A stretch of DNA of 64,000 bases from Octopus sinensis (Eukaryota), in assembly GCF_006345805.1 (NCBI RefSeq), contig NC_042999.1, forward strand, positions 80,104,001-80,168,000, written 5' to 3'. How positions within the stretch are numbered: position 1 is the stretch's first letter; the number at the start of each line of letters is the position of its first letter. The translations under genes were made by a program, and so were the position numbers. Under the pieces are notes generated by a model that searched no databases, was not told the DNA's origin, and saw only the letters and a list, made by a program, of their open reading frames with translations. This document shows, piece by piece, positions 1 through 13,535 of the stretch.

Positions 1-480
1 GTTTGGCCGATCATTTGATAAGAAAAGCAGATCAAATCCAACCTCTCTTACCAGTTTCGTGAAGCTATAGTTAAGAATTTTCCAAAAAATTCCAGATACC
101 GTTCCATTATGAATTCACACCGAATTAGGATAGGTTTTTCAAACACCAAAAACCTTTCACTAATCATCTCTTCGCATAACAGTAAGTTGTTAAATACAAA
201 TCTACTTAATGAAAATAATAAGAATGATATTATTAACGCTAACCATCATGTGAACAATATTAACAACATTAATATCTCTGATATAAATTCGAATCCTATT
301 CGTTTCCTTAGCAGTAATTCTAAGACTAGAAACTCTGTTTATCAATGTAAAATTACTTCCGGTTCTGATGTCTTTTTTTAAAATATATATATAAGTAGCT
401 CTTGTAAACACGTTTATCGTTGTAAACATTGGCAAAAACATACCTTTAGTTCCTATAAGAAATTCTACCAATCTATAAAG
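1..480 (+). mobile_element. Penelope-like element remnant (RT-endonuclease linker and start of GIY-YIG), degenerate
   Basis: Frame 1 reads ...IVKNFPKNSRYRSIMNSHRIRIGFSNTKNLSLIISSHNSKLL...TRNSVYQCKIT..*NIYIS, resembling the PLE pattern KHFP....L..IFN...VK.SYS...N...II..HN followed by VY/YIG; in-frame stops. Confidence 0.65.
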
Positions 481-621
481 TCCGGCCTTTAACTGTCTTA
501 CATTTCATTTCCACTACATATGTCTATTTCCACATTTTAAAACTATTTTCTCATTCATTTATCACACTATATTTTCCCACTCTTAATTATCTGCTAATTT
601 CTTTCTTTCCTCTCCTCTTTT

Positions 622-680
<59 letters not shown>

Positions 681-1153
681 GAGGGCTTTGTCGCGAAAAT
701 AAAGAGATGTGGGTTCGAGTACTACGCGTAAGGGAAAACCTAAAACCTACTTTGCCTCATTATTAGACTATTTTCTTTAGTCAATTTGCGGTGATCGCTT
801 ACAAGCATTAAGCTTATAAAATACTATTATTACTATTTGCGGAAGATAATAATAATACTTTGTATTTTGTTTCCTCTGTGTGGCCAATAAAGAAATATAT
901 GTTTGTCTCTGTCTATATTTTTTCTTGTTTTACGATCCCTTTTGATCGAACACCTATCCCCTTTTTTTCTTTTTTTTTTTCTCCCCAAAAAGAAAAGCTC
1001 TACTTTGTAATTTGTCCGCTCTGTGTGGCTAATAAAGAAACATATCTATCTGCTTGTTTCTGTCTGTCTGTTTGTCTATCTATCTATCTATCAGTGTGAT
1101 ATATATATATTTTGGGTTCAACATATTGCTGTTCTACACGCCGTCACACACGT

Positions 1154-1187
<34 letters not shown>

Positions 1188-4106
1188 ATAGTCACACGCC
1201 CATAGTTTTCTCTTTGACTTTGAAGCTTTGTTTCTTTACTCGATCTTCAACACACACACTTACACACACATATATAAGTGTTTGTGTGTGTGCGTGAGAG
1301 ATAGAGAGAGAGAGACAGACAGACAGAGAGAGTGGAGAGAAAGACAGAAAGCTAGACATACAGACAAAGAAAGAGAAAGTGTAGATAAATCTGAACTGTG
1401 TCTGAATAAATATAAGAACACGTCTGCATAGGTATGTAGTGTGCCTGTAACAATAGGTCGTCAGGTTAAGACGAAAATTGTTCCCAGTGGTTTCGGTTCA
1501 TCAGGATACACTCACCTATATCTCTGTAAGCGAAAGCTAGGAGTGACATGAGAAAATCTTGATGAATTATTAAGTAACCAGCTGGTTCGCTCCTCATCTC
1601 GATATATCTTTGAGGCGCCTAATTTAGCAATATTACTGACACACACACAAAATTAGGCACTCATGCTTATTTCATTCGAGCCGAATTTACTTTGTCTGTT
1701 TAACCTGCCACCTGTTTAACACCACCACCTGACCCGTAGGCACCGTTAGCGTCGGCTCTTCTGTTGAAAACTATCAGTATAGTCGATAATTCCCCTTCCA
1801 CCTGTTTCAAAAACCCTACAGAAGACCATGGTCGTTGATCTTCCATTTTTGATTAAGTTATTAAAAAAATACTCATGTGCTCCTTGAACGGTGTCTGCTC
1901 TTCCGAAAACGAAACTTCTGTGGTTTCCCCAAAAGTGCATTCAAATGGATTAATAAAATAGCTGAGAGCTTGGGTGTTTATACCTTGCATCAATACAAAC
2001 GAGTGGCTATGGTATCCAGCACACAGAAATTTCAGATGATTCACACAATATCAAGAAATAGACGCATCGTAAAGGTTGGTGATAAAACTGCATCGTAGAT
2101 TTAAATATTAAGATGTATGCTTCATCTCGAAATATGAGATTAATGGTTTGAAAAATGATATCTTTAGTAATTAAATATTTACTACACATTTAATCGTGTA
2201 AAATATGTACTGTCGGATACTGAGAAATTCCTGATATAATCTGTGATAGTACAGACAAAAAGACAAATTAATTTGGAGCTTAAATCCTACTGTTAATTCA
2301 GCTTAGAAATTAATAGGATGGTTATCCAAATGCAATTACTTCTCAGAAATTGTATGTAAGAAAGTCTTCAGAGATGGCCTGACAATCCGTTTTAGTTCCA
2401 TTAGTTTATATCTTGCTCAATACACCCAACAATCTTTTTTCAAACTCACATCTCAACGTCGGTCTGGAGAAGTCACATCTATTCTATAATGCAGTGCTAA
2501 AATATTGGTGTATTAAACATCACATGGTTGATAAGGTGCTGGCGATGGTAAGCTTCTCCAAACAAACTTACTCCACTTAAATCGTATGAAAGGAAGTTCG
2601 ACACCCTACAGGGCATTATTGGGTTATAGGACTCGCCAGTCACCTTTGTATACATATTTTACACGATATACCTAACCTTCTCCATTCTTATTCACACCTC
2701 CTGTCTGAATATTCACCAAGATGCTATATTTATTCTAAAATGCAATGCTAACATATTTGTGTATCATACATCACATCGTTGATAGGTCCCTGAAAAGTAG
2801 TCATTGGGATATAATTTCCAAACAGAAGTCTCTCATGATTATAATAAATTATATTTTATATCTTTACATCTTTTTTTTTGTCATAGTTTTTCCTTAGTAA
2901 ATCTTGGGGAAATTTTCTCAATTTCTCATTCAGATAAAGATCTATCATATATAATTTGGATGCCAACACGATGAGCATAATAGGCTCTGAAATTTGAGCG
3001 TAGGAAAACTATAGTTCCAAACAACAGAAATGCTTAAAATCTATTGTGTACAAAAATGTCATTTTATACAATTAAATGTCTAAATTACTAAAATGATTAT
3101 AATTTTTCAACATTTAAAAAATATTTAAATCTCTAAACTATGATCCAGTTTCACTTCTGATAAGCACCAGATACCTCTTTATCTATTATGCACATAATAT
3201 TGGACGGGATCCATCGAAGATCAAACAGATCACAAAGCAATATGTACACCCAGAAGTAAAGTTGATGTTAGCTGCCCAGAAAAGTATATCATTATAAGTT
3301 TTGAAACATATATTAATATTGGCGTTGAATGAATCTTGGGAATAAACTCCCAGGCATTGAATTACTTATAATTTCTATCTAGTTAGATATCGCTGGTATC
3401 CATTCAATCTCTCAGAGAAATCCGTGGTTTAATAGAAAATGGCTACTAAAACCTACCAGTGGGCAAACTTGTCTCATAAGACCGAAACAGGTCCAGCAAG
3501 GTTGCAGCCCAATGGCTGAAACAAGTAAAAGAATAATTACCAAAAATCAGAGCCATTCTCCATTGTATGTTTTACCAATTTTCAATTCTTAATTGATTTT
3601 AATTTCGGAATTGTTTCTCTTGTCCTTCACAAGAATTATCAATAACGCTAATGATCTTTCTTTTCAAAACGAGTATAATTTTAAATGATTAGACATTTTT
3701 TTTTGACTGACTTCATTAATATGTTAGCCACTACTTAAGGTAATTTAAATAATTTAAATATTGCTGTTGAGTAACACAATTAGAATGTAAAATAATCAGA
3801 AGGAAATATGGAAAACAAAGATTAAAAAAACGTCTTTAGACATTGAAGATAGAACAAACGGGATGGTTATAACAAAACATCAAAACAAAAAGATATAAAA
3901 AAAATAAAACTATGCATTAGATTTTAATACAAAATTCTGACATAACACGAGAATACACATGGGAGGTGGGTATAGTGGATTACCGCAACCAAGTAGTGAT
4001 TAGATTTTACTGTTACTCGAGTTTTTATCATATGAGAGAGAGAGAGAGAGAGAGAGGGTGAGAATATGAGTTTCCTTTTTTTCGTTGAAGCTTTTTTAAA
4101 ATTTTA

Positions 4107-4316
4107 TTATTTGCTGGTTTCCATTTCTGTTTCCACATTATCATCAGCGTTATTATCGACATAGCGTTCTTGAATGTCTTTGATTTTCTCATATTCGAAT
4201 TCAGCCCCGATGGCACATGAGAGTAATGACTGGATATTTCGCTCTTCCGTGTCACCAAACATATATCCGACAGCTTTATCCACAGTCTGCAGGACGCGCA
4301 GCAGGCTACTGTTTTG
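4107..4316 (-). CDS. GPN2: GPN2 last coding exon (69 aa + TAA, QNSSLLRVLQTVDKAVGYMFGDTEERNIQSLLSCAIGAEFEYEKIKDIQERYVDNNADDNVETEMETSK*)
   Basis: TTTTGTATAG acceptor (AG 4318-4317), phase 0. Aligns without gaps to the GPN2 C-terminus as I recall it (RVLQAVDKANGY.FG..E.R). Not in the ORF track because it lacks its own start; joined CDS is 309 aa. Confidence 0.95.
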   Translation of the reverse strand, partial: QNSSLLRVLQTVDKAVGYMFGDTEERNIQSLLSCAIGAEFEYEKIKDIQERYVDNNADDNVETEMETSK

Positions 4317-5329
4317 CTATACAAAAATAAGTAAATAAATATATAAATAAATAAACGAAGAAAACATAACGAACATAGAAATAAAAGAGCAACATATTAC
4401 ATAACCCTACTTCACCAACTTATTCGATAAGGTAAACAGGAAATACAATTTATGATGTTTATACAATTCCTCCACCCGTTAAAAGCACGAAACCACATCA
4501 CGTTTTGACTGAGAATGAAAACTCCATAGTGATCTAAACTTCCAGAGAGATTATCAGTTTTGCTCTGTGGAGTTCACGAGTTAAGTGTCAATATCAAATT
4601 GATTCCTTGTATATCGATACAAAAGTATCGGTTTCATAAAAGGTGGAACAATGCTCACACTTGTAATGAATATGCTTCATAGATGAAGGGAGTAGTTTTC
4701 GATCGTAAAATAGAAATGGAGTACAATCTAATAAAATACTCATCCACAGTAAAAATTTAGAGGCACCGGGACTGGTTATCCAGAATTGATATATCAGATT
4801 GCTAGTACACGAACCGTCGGAAGATATTTCATTCAATGATCTGATACCCTACTAACTTGTTAACTCTGGGATATATACATACACACACAAACACACACAT
4901 AAACAAACACAAGCAAACATATGACAGGCAACGTCAATAGGGTGTCGGCCAAAGAACGCTGTACCATCACATACAATAGATATTATACACATACAGATAC
5001 ACACACATGCACACACACACACGTTTGTGTGTATGTGTGTGTGCGTATTATTTTATGTAGTCGAGTAGTATATCCTTGATTATCATCAGACATACTGGCC
5101 AGATGTATATAACTTCTTTGCTAATGGATATAAATAACATTCTTGGTCAGTTTGGTGCTAAAAAAACTTTCTGAGGTGGAAAGAGTAGTTACTTCCCCAT
5201 GTTCGATTCCAGCTGAAACGGGTCAGTCTGTGTAGGTTCTTCCGTTCTTTAGAGTACCACTAGGGAAGATCATGTTTTCAAAATGAATTTTTTGTCATGA
5301 GGGTATCAGCTAAAAAAAGGCACCCTGAT

Positions 5330-5620
5330 GTTCTGTGTGTCTGTGTTCTTTTGTTGCAGCTGATACAGCTACTGTTGGACATCACCTCTACAAAGAAATA
5401 CGTTGGTGCAACAGAGGGCCACTTCAAAGACATGTTACATAACTATAGGTCCTATACTAGAGAGGTGGAAGATTACAGCATTAGAGAGCTATAAATAGCA
5501 GTTAAAAAGAGGGAATGACACAGAAAATAAACTGGAAGCTGCTGGTAAAACCAAGGCCTTAAATGGGTCTTCCTTGATTGAAGATTAGAGATCAGAAAAA
5601 GACGTACAGACTGTTCCATT
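5330..5620 (+). mobile_element. Penelope-like GIY-YIG endonuclease fragment
   Basis: Translates KKYVGATEGHFKDMLHNYRSY, then KINWKLLVKPRP* (PLE pattern YIG.TE..FK.R..NH.SS...I.WKI....PY); frameshifted. Confidence 0.7.
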
Positions 5621-6124
5621 TCGGACACAGTTGGAATCGTTCAAAGGAAAATGCCTCCTCTTTCCTTCTCAGAAAGGTTTTTATGTTTCGGTTTTTAATA
5701 CCACCAAAGAGACCAAGACTGTATATTTATGTTCATTAGTAAATAGGATATGTGCTTCTCGCCTGCAGGTCTGCTGAGTTGCCTTTAGCCAAGTGGAATA
5801 GTTTATATGTACACACACATATATATGTATGTATATATTGCACAAAAGAAAACATAACGAATATAGAATTAAAAGCGACATATTACATAACCATACTTCA
5901 CCAACTTATTCAATACACATGCACGTATATGAACCCACAAACATACACATATGCACACGGAATACATTTGTTATTCATCGACAAAAGTAGTATTGACAGT
6001 GACTTCGAAGTTTTAGCCAGGTATCCCATCATTGGACTGTCTGATGATGGCTTAACTGGCTGCAGAAAATCTGTCTAAAAAATACTGTCTGACTCATGCA
6101 TAGAACAATGGATTTTCAAGGAAC

Positions 6125-6176
<52 letters not shown>

Positions 6177-6185
6177 TATATATAT

Positions 6186-7277
6186 AAGTTCAGTAAAATT
6201 TAGATTCAGTTGAATATGGTACTTAAGTTAAAGGCATCAGAATTTGGTATGGTATTATCCATATAATTCAAAATGTGGTGATTACAATCAAAATAAGCAA
6301 CAAGGATATCCAGAGGTAACGCAGTACGATCATTTCATGTGACTCCATTTAATGAAACTTGTTCTTTGTCTATCTACTTATCCTCTTTGTGATTTTGGTT
6401 AATAGAATAACTATACAAATGAATCCTTTGAATTTAACTAAATTCTATATTTTTATGCAGCTGCAGATTGCTCTACATTTTAAAACTGATGTAATATTTG
6501 CATTGTTCAATTAAATGGAGTCGCATGAAACAATCGTACTGCATTACCTCTGGATATCCTTGCTGCTTATTTTGATTATATATATATATATATATAAGGC
6601 AAATATGTAACAAGGATGTCCAGGTATCAGTGCAGTACAGCCATTTCAAGTGCTCCATTTAATCGACCAATGAAAACATTACGATATGAAATAAACCGCT
6701 CTTCTTGGAAGCTGATGACCATACAAGATTTCCAACATACGGGATACACAATTATACTTTTACAAATTATTCATCAGTACTAGAGGCTAAAATAATTACA
6801 TTGCTTCTCTGTTATTTTTGTGGCAGAATGAATTTAAGGAAAAAATACTTAAAGCCTACAATAACTTAGAATGGCACTTTAGCCTATCTATTTTTTAATT
6901 AGCTTTTGTTATGAATACCTTGGCTTATCCTTATTTTTTTATCTTTTATCTCTTTTTATATCCGGTATACATTTTATGGTATTCACAATACAAAATTTTC
7001 ATCTTTATTTATATCTGTTCATTTTATAAATTCTTTATTGGTATTTTATACAAAAAGTTTTACCTTTTATTCATTTTTATATTATTTTATTTATTCTTTT
7101 ACATCATATTATTGTATTTTTATATATCTGTATACCCTCATATATACTGGTGTAATTTCTAAGGATTGTGAAAGGGTTTGTAACTTCTCTCCATAATATT
7201 CATGGTATGATAATAATACAATATGGTATTTATATCTATTTATTTATACTTATATTTATAATTTTTACAATACATTT

Positions 7278-7330
<53 letters not shown>

Positions 7331-8431
7331 TATATATAAGTTCAGTAAAATTTAGATTCAGTTGAATATGGTACTTAAGTTAAAGGCATCAGAATTTGGT
7401 ATGGTATTATCCATATAATTCAAAATGTGGTGATTACAATCAAAATAAGCAACAAGGATATCCAGAAGTAACGCAGTACGATCATTTCATGTGACTCCAT
7501 TTAATGAAACTTGTTCTTTGTCTATCTACTTATCCTCTTTGGGATTTTGGTTAATAGAATAACTATACAAATGAATCCTTTGAATTTAACTAAATTCTAT
7601 ATTTTTATGCAGCTGCAGATTGCTCTACATTTTAAAACTGATGTAATATTTGCATTGTTCAATTAAATGGAGTCGCATGAAACAATCGTACTGCATTACC
7701 TCTGGATATCCTTGCTGCTTATTTTGATTATATATATATATATATATATAAGGCAAATATGTAACAAGGATGTCCAGGTATCAGTGCAGTACAGCCATTT
7801 CAAGTGCTCCATTTAATCGACCAATGAAAACATTACGATATGAAATAAACCGCTCTTCTTGGAAGCTGATGACCATACAAGATTTCCAACATACGGGATA
7901 CACAATTATACTTTTACAAATTATTCATCAGTACTAGAGGCTAAAATAATTACATTGCTTCTCTGTTATTTTTGTGGCAGAATGAATTTAAGGAAAAAAT
8001 ACTTAAAGCCTACAATAACTTAGAATGGCACTTTAGCCTATCTATTTTTTAATTAGCTTTTGTTATGAATACCTTGGCTTATCCTTATTTTTTTATCTTT
8101 TATCTCTTTTTATATCCGGTATACATTTTATGGTATTCACAATACAAAATTTTCATCTTTATTTATATCTGTTCATTTTATAAATTCTTTATTGGTATTT
8201 TATACAAAAAGTTTTACCTTTTATTCATTTTTATATTATTTTATTTATTCTTTTACATCATATTATTGTATTTTTATATATCTGTATACCCTCATATATA
8301 CTGGTGTAATTTCTAAGGATTGTGAAAGGGTTTGTAACTTCTCTCCATAATATTCATGGTATGATAATAATACAATATGGTATTTATATCTATTTATTTA
8401 TACTTATATTTATAATTTTTACAATACATTT

Positions 8432-8475
<44 letters not shown>
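6186..8475 (+). repeat. Near-identical tandem duplication, unit ~1152-1154 bp, bounded by (TA)n
   Basis: AAGTTCAGTAAAATTTAG starts at 6186 and 7338; identical 83-aa ORFs at 6911 and 8065; only two substitutions noticed (GAGG/GAAG, TGTG/TGGG) plus TA-length changes. Confidence 0.95.
7438..7729. mobile_element. ~290-bp inverted-repeat element (second copy at 6286-6577)
   Basis: AATCAAAATAAGCAACAAGGATATCCAG..AACGCAGTACGAT...TCCATTTAA mirrored by TTAAATGGAGTCGCATG...CTGGATATCCTTGCTGCTTATTTTGATT; arms resemble the TIR of the adjacent 1.8-kb element. Confidence 0.75.
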
Positions 8476-8478
<3 letters not shown>

Positions 8479-9522
8479 CTTATATCCTTTCAGATTTTTT
8501 CATAATGTCCGTAATTTTTATATAAATATATTTTTCAAGAATTTAAAATAAATTTACCTGATATAGAAATATTTATCGTATTTTTTTAGCCTTTAAACTC
8601 TGTACCACTATTCGGATGATACTTGCATTTAATTATAGGTTCTTTGTTGAATAGTTTTAGCATGGCCACCGTAACAATATGCTAGGAAGAAGCATTATTT
8701 CTCTTATGTATAAAAAAGTACCCCACTTTTAAGGGTTAGGTTGATTCTTCTATCCTTTTTCTCTTACTTGGTTCTTAAATCCTTTTTCTAAATTTAAATA
8801 TTATAATATATAAATTTTGCTGAGTTTGGATACACATCTTTTCCCGTACTTTTAATTCCCCCACACAGATCTCATTGTGACCTCCTTTGCCTTCCAATTT
8901 AGGCCACTTTTATTTGATAATCATAATATGCTAAGTCACCCTAGTCCTTCCTCTTTCTGGTTCTCACCTATTCTCTATATATCATTATCTTACTAGCAAC
9001 TTCTGATATATTCTTTGATGCAGATATGGCTGGTTTTATGATCTCAGTAAAATAGGAGTAGAAGAGAGTATCTGACATTAATTAATTTATCACCACCACC
9101 AAGAATGTAACTGTTAATTCCAACGGATTTAATTCTAAGGTGTTGTAGACTACATGCTGCATTGAGTCTTTTGAATGTGATAAGGGTAAAGATGAATGTA
9201 GCTGTATCACCATTCCTCTTTCTTGCCCCCACCACCCATTATTTTCTTCTGCCACTTGAAATTATAATAGGCTTCAAATATATTTTCCCTAAATTCATTC
9301 TGCCACAAAAGTAGCAAAGAGAAGCAATGTAATTATTTTAGTCTCTAGTACTGATGAAAGATTTGCTAAAAACAGAATATAATGGTGTATCCTGTATATA
9401 GGAAATCTCTATAGTCATCTGCGTTTGAGGAGAGCGATCTATTTCAAATTGATCGCTTAAATGGAGCCACTTGGAACGGCCGTAATGCACTGATACCTGG
9501 ACATCCTTGTTACTAATTTGCT
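7752..9522. mobile_element. ~1.8-kb element with ~245-bp terminal inverted repeats; superfamily unresolved
   Basis: 7752-8000 (GCAAATATGTAACAAGGATGTCCAGGTATCAGTGCA...GGCAGAATGAATTTAAGG) is the reverse complement of ~9285-9522; AT-rich decayed interior. Confidence 0.75.
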
Positions 9523-9624
9523 CTTTATTCATCTAATTTCGAGCTGCGTGGACCGCACCGGACTGACTTGGTGCCTCAATTTAAGTACCTAATTCAACTG
9601 ATTCTTAATTATTTCTGACATACA

Positions 9625-9830
9625 CACATGCACACACATAGTAAATCCAAAAGAAAATCAAACACAAAAACAACAACGCGAGGTCGTGGTACATGTAAAG
9701 TATTAGCAGAGGCTCAGGGAAGAAACGTAAGATGGTATAACATGTCGAGCAACGCTCTTCTTCAGAAACAGAGGCAAGTTCAATAGAAAGGATGATGGAA
9801 GAAGAAAATCGCCAACGATTCACATGTGGT
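9625..9830 (-). mobile_element. ~200-bp hammerhead-bearing repeat, copy of 47812-48010
   Basis: Reverse complement reads ACCACATGTGAATCGTTGGCGATTTT...GTTT-CTGAAGA-A-GAGC-GTT-GCTC-GACAT-GT-T-ATAC...AATACTTTACATGTAC. Confidence 0.7.
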
Positions 9831-10702
9831 TGTATATATACTCAAACAAACCCCTATGATCATTAACACATACCCTTATATCTCTTCTATATCTCCCATA
9901 TCGCTATATCTCTTATTTCTTCCTTATATCTTACATCTCTTCTATCTACCTTCATCACTTTATGAGATAAATATTAATTTTTTAATTTATCCTTAATTTA
10001 TTTCTAAACCTTAACCCAATAAATCCCCTAATATCTAACTCTAACTCCCACTCAAATAATTTAACATTCAACTAGCTCCTCCATTCTGGACTACCTACAC
10101 ACCAATAACCCCTTTACTAAATATAACTCTACAGCCACTGACCTTAGCTAGAACAGACATAAGCATTTACTACTAGATTTCCTCGCAACACCTATACACG
10201 TTAAGACTACCACAGACACCAACTACTCTCTTTAAATTCCTTTCATTTTTGCTCCTCATTCTCTCTCTTATCTTCTCGGCTACCCTGTACACAATTCATA
10301 GACACCATACACCTAACTTTATCCTAAAGCCAATCCTTAAATCCACCTCCTCACTCTATCTACCTATCTTTCTATTTCTTTTCTTTCTTTTTATTACTTA
10401 ACAGCCACCTCTGCTACTATTCTGTTATTGAATGTTGATATGTTCGTGTCTTTTGTCTCTGGATGTCTATTATATCAGGATTTAACCCACATGGATCTAC
10501 GCAGGATTGCACCTAAGGACTTATGCTGATGGATCTGCACAGCATTGCAATTAAGGACTTATGCTCTTATTTCAACAACTTCGGAAAGTTGAACTATGAA
10601 CTTTTATGCTTTTTTCTTCTTTCTCTCCATCTCCTTATTCTTTTACTCAATTCAACTATGTCGCCATTTCATTAATATATACCTTTCTAATTTTCCCTAT
10701 TT

Positions 10703-10742
10703 GTCTCTGATGACGGATATATCCCAGAAACAGCTGTAAAAC
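10703..10742 (+). ncRNA. Hammerhead-ribozyme-like motif (minimal type I, palindromic helix III), probably decayed
   Basis: GTCT-CTGATGA-CGGATATATCCCA-GAAAC-AGCT-GT-A-AAAC: intact CUGAUGA and GAAA cores, ACAGCTGT palindrome, imperfect stems I and II; near the 3' end of a ~950-bp pyrimidine-rich repeat-like segment (9850-10805), followed by AATAAA. Confidence 0.6.
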
Positions 10743-12084
10743 TTTGAATTTTTTCCAATAATAAATTGAGATGTTAGCCTTGCCTTAATGTTTGCTGTCC
10801 TTTTTAACAATTATATATATGGCACAACTCAGTCAATGCCGTTGACCATGTTTTAGTTAAAGCTATGGCTATAATTCTGTCCATAATTACCTCTGTTTGG
10901 TATTTCCGATTGATAACGGCTAAAGAGTTAGAAACGCATCTAGGAATCCGACAGGGGATGCACTGGACAGATATGGCGTTTTCATACCTTTTTACTCTAA
11001 GAGAAAATTTTTTTCCTCCATTGTAACTGCAGTGAAGTTGCCTTTGGGAAGTGAAATATGTCACAAAAATATTTTAACTACCCTAAATTTCGCTTATACC
11101 TAAACACTACTTGGCACTGAAACTGCAGTAACACACACACACATATATATATGTATATGGTGGGCTTGTCACAAGGCTTTGGTAACCAGAAACCATGTGG
11201 TTGGGAAGCATTATATATGCATACATTATATATGTATACATATATACATATACATGTGTGTGTATATACATGCATATATATATACATACATTTCTGTGTG
11301 TGTGTATGTGTATCAGAATATACATATATACATGTGATATATATGTGCATATGTTTGTAAGTGCTTTTGATTTATCAACATTTATCACCCATAACAGAGC
11401 ACCCACAATCCTCCTAATCATTATCACTTCTGTTAACATTGTTATTAATAACACTAACTCTAATGAGCAACAGCTGTGACAACATAAACAACAGTAATAA
11501 GGATAAACAACTGCAATAAAGAAACCCTGGAAAGCTTAATTACAGCAAAGAGTGGAACGGTCGGTCGGCATAGAGGCATGAGAGAAGGTATGAGAAAGAA
11601 AATGGAAGAGAGGGAGCAGAAATGAGAGAAGGGGCAGTGTACTTATTTTGTTTTTCATTCTAAATATATTGTTTCATTATTAGATAAGTTAATAACTAAA
11701 CAGAGGCTCCTGGCTCTTCTTGGTGAGGGTGGGGTGGTAACTGTCATTATGTTGCATGTGGAGAGTCAAGTACTTGCTTCATTAGTGATTAATTACTATT
11801 TACTTTATATTCTGAAAAAAGATAAAAAATGTAAGGAAGATAAAAAGCCCTGCCACCCACATCCACCCATACAGCAAAACTCTGATCCATCTATGCCATG
11901 TACATGTATGCGTGTCTGTGTGTGTTCGAGGAGGGTTGGATAGAGTTTATTGAGCCGGGTGTTCTACAGCTGGATGCCCTTTCTGTTACTAACATTTGCC
12001 TGTTTTCATGCAAGGTGTTATTTTTCCATAGCCAGACATGTTTTCATAGAATATTTGAAATGAATGACACTCACAAGAATTATA

Positions 12085-12420
12085 TGACACCAAGAAGATT
12101 TGGTGGTTGTCTTCAGCTCAAATCTTATGGGAAGGTATTGAAAGTGAATGCAAACATGACTAGCAAAAACAAAAAAATCTATCTACTGCATAACATACCT
12201 ACAATGCAATGAGAATTACATTGGAGAAACAGGAACAAAACTAACCAATTGTGTGAATGAGCACAAACAGCAAATTAAAGAGTCATCTCTTAGAAATGTT
12301 CCATGTAGCAAATATCTAGAGATTTTGTACAAAATATTCCATTTTACAAAATATAAGACGAAAACGATCAACTAAGAAAGGGAAAAGAGTACTTTATAAG
12401 AACTCTCAATCTGAAACAAT
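12085..12420 (+). mobile_element. Penelope-like GIY-YIG endonuclease C-terminal fragment
   Basis: Frames give VLKVNANMTSKNK / SIYCITYLQCNENYIGETGTKLTNCVNEHKQQI...VPCSKYL / IPFYKI*DENDQLRKGKEYFIRTL; YIG at 12217-12225. Confidence 0.8.
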
Positions 12421-12832
12421 ATCAGAAATAGGGAACACCATTACTAAAAATAATCTTTTCTATACACATTAGCCAAGAATATGTCTTTGAAAAGTTGAAA
12501 CATATATGTATACATACAAACATATATATACATATATGTATACATACATATATGTATACATACATACATACATATATATATATGATGACGAACAGGAACG
12601 TAAAACTCTGAGTAACAGCTTTTGTTAAATTTCTGCTGCTTTTAAATAAAGCATATTACTCTACCTATGGTATTTGAGTACTCTTTTTTCCACCTTGTTT
12701 CACATTTATGTGTATATCTCTGGTATATACATATATATATATTCTCATCATCATCATTGTTTAATGTCCCTGTTGCATGCTTGCATGCATGTATCTCTAT
12801 CTTTCTCTCTTTATACACACACACATACACAC

Positions 12833-12904
<72 letters not shown>

Positions 12905-13199
12905 ATATTATTACATTTTGTAGACGTAAGCTCAAAACTGCATGCATACTGACAGATAGACATATTTTCTATACATATTTATATGAACATCATCACATGC
13001 TGAATAAAGCATTAGCTGATCTCTGAATACAATGAGTTTTCATGTCAGTGATGCTAGTTTTAGCTGTGGTTAAATGATATAGCACATGTGAAAAAATATG
13101 ATTCTTCTTGATTGCAATTGAGTTGATAATAAAACGTTGCCTGTACCTACTCACAGAGCATATATCAATGCACTATAAATATAGGAGTGAGAACACATG

Positions 13200-13234
13200 C
13201 GTGTGTGTATGTATGTATATCTGGGGTTGGTGTG

Positions 13235-13285
<51 letters not shown>

Positions 13286-13504
13286 ATACTAACACACATA
13301 GAGAGATATGCATATCAGTGTAAGAAAACAAATGATAACGTTGATATATGCATATACACACATACATATCATGTTACATAAGTGTATGCATATGTGTGTG
13401 AATGTATATATGTATGTATATATATACATATATATGCATATATGCATACATATATATGTATATATATATGCATATATATATATATATATATGCAGATATA
13501 TATG

Positions 13505-13535
<31 letters not shown>

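Noticed and set aside
1490-1504. CTGATGA-ACC-GAAAC (minus strand)
   Set aside because: No stem II and no matching stem I/III partner; at best an unrecognisably deleted copy.
4129-4147. CTGATGA...GAAAC on the minus strand inside the GPN2 last exon
   Set aside because: No credible stem II, I or III; explained by codons for A-D-D-N-V-E-T.
4028-4324. 98-aa minus-strand ORF (MYSKTVACC...)
   Set aside because: Wrong frame overlapping the real GPN2 last exon.
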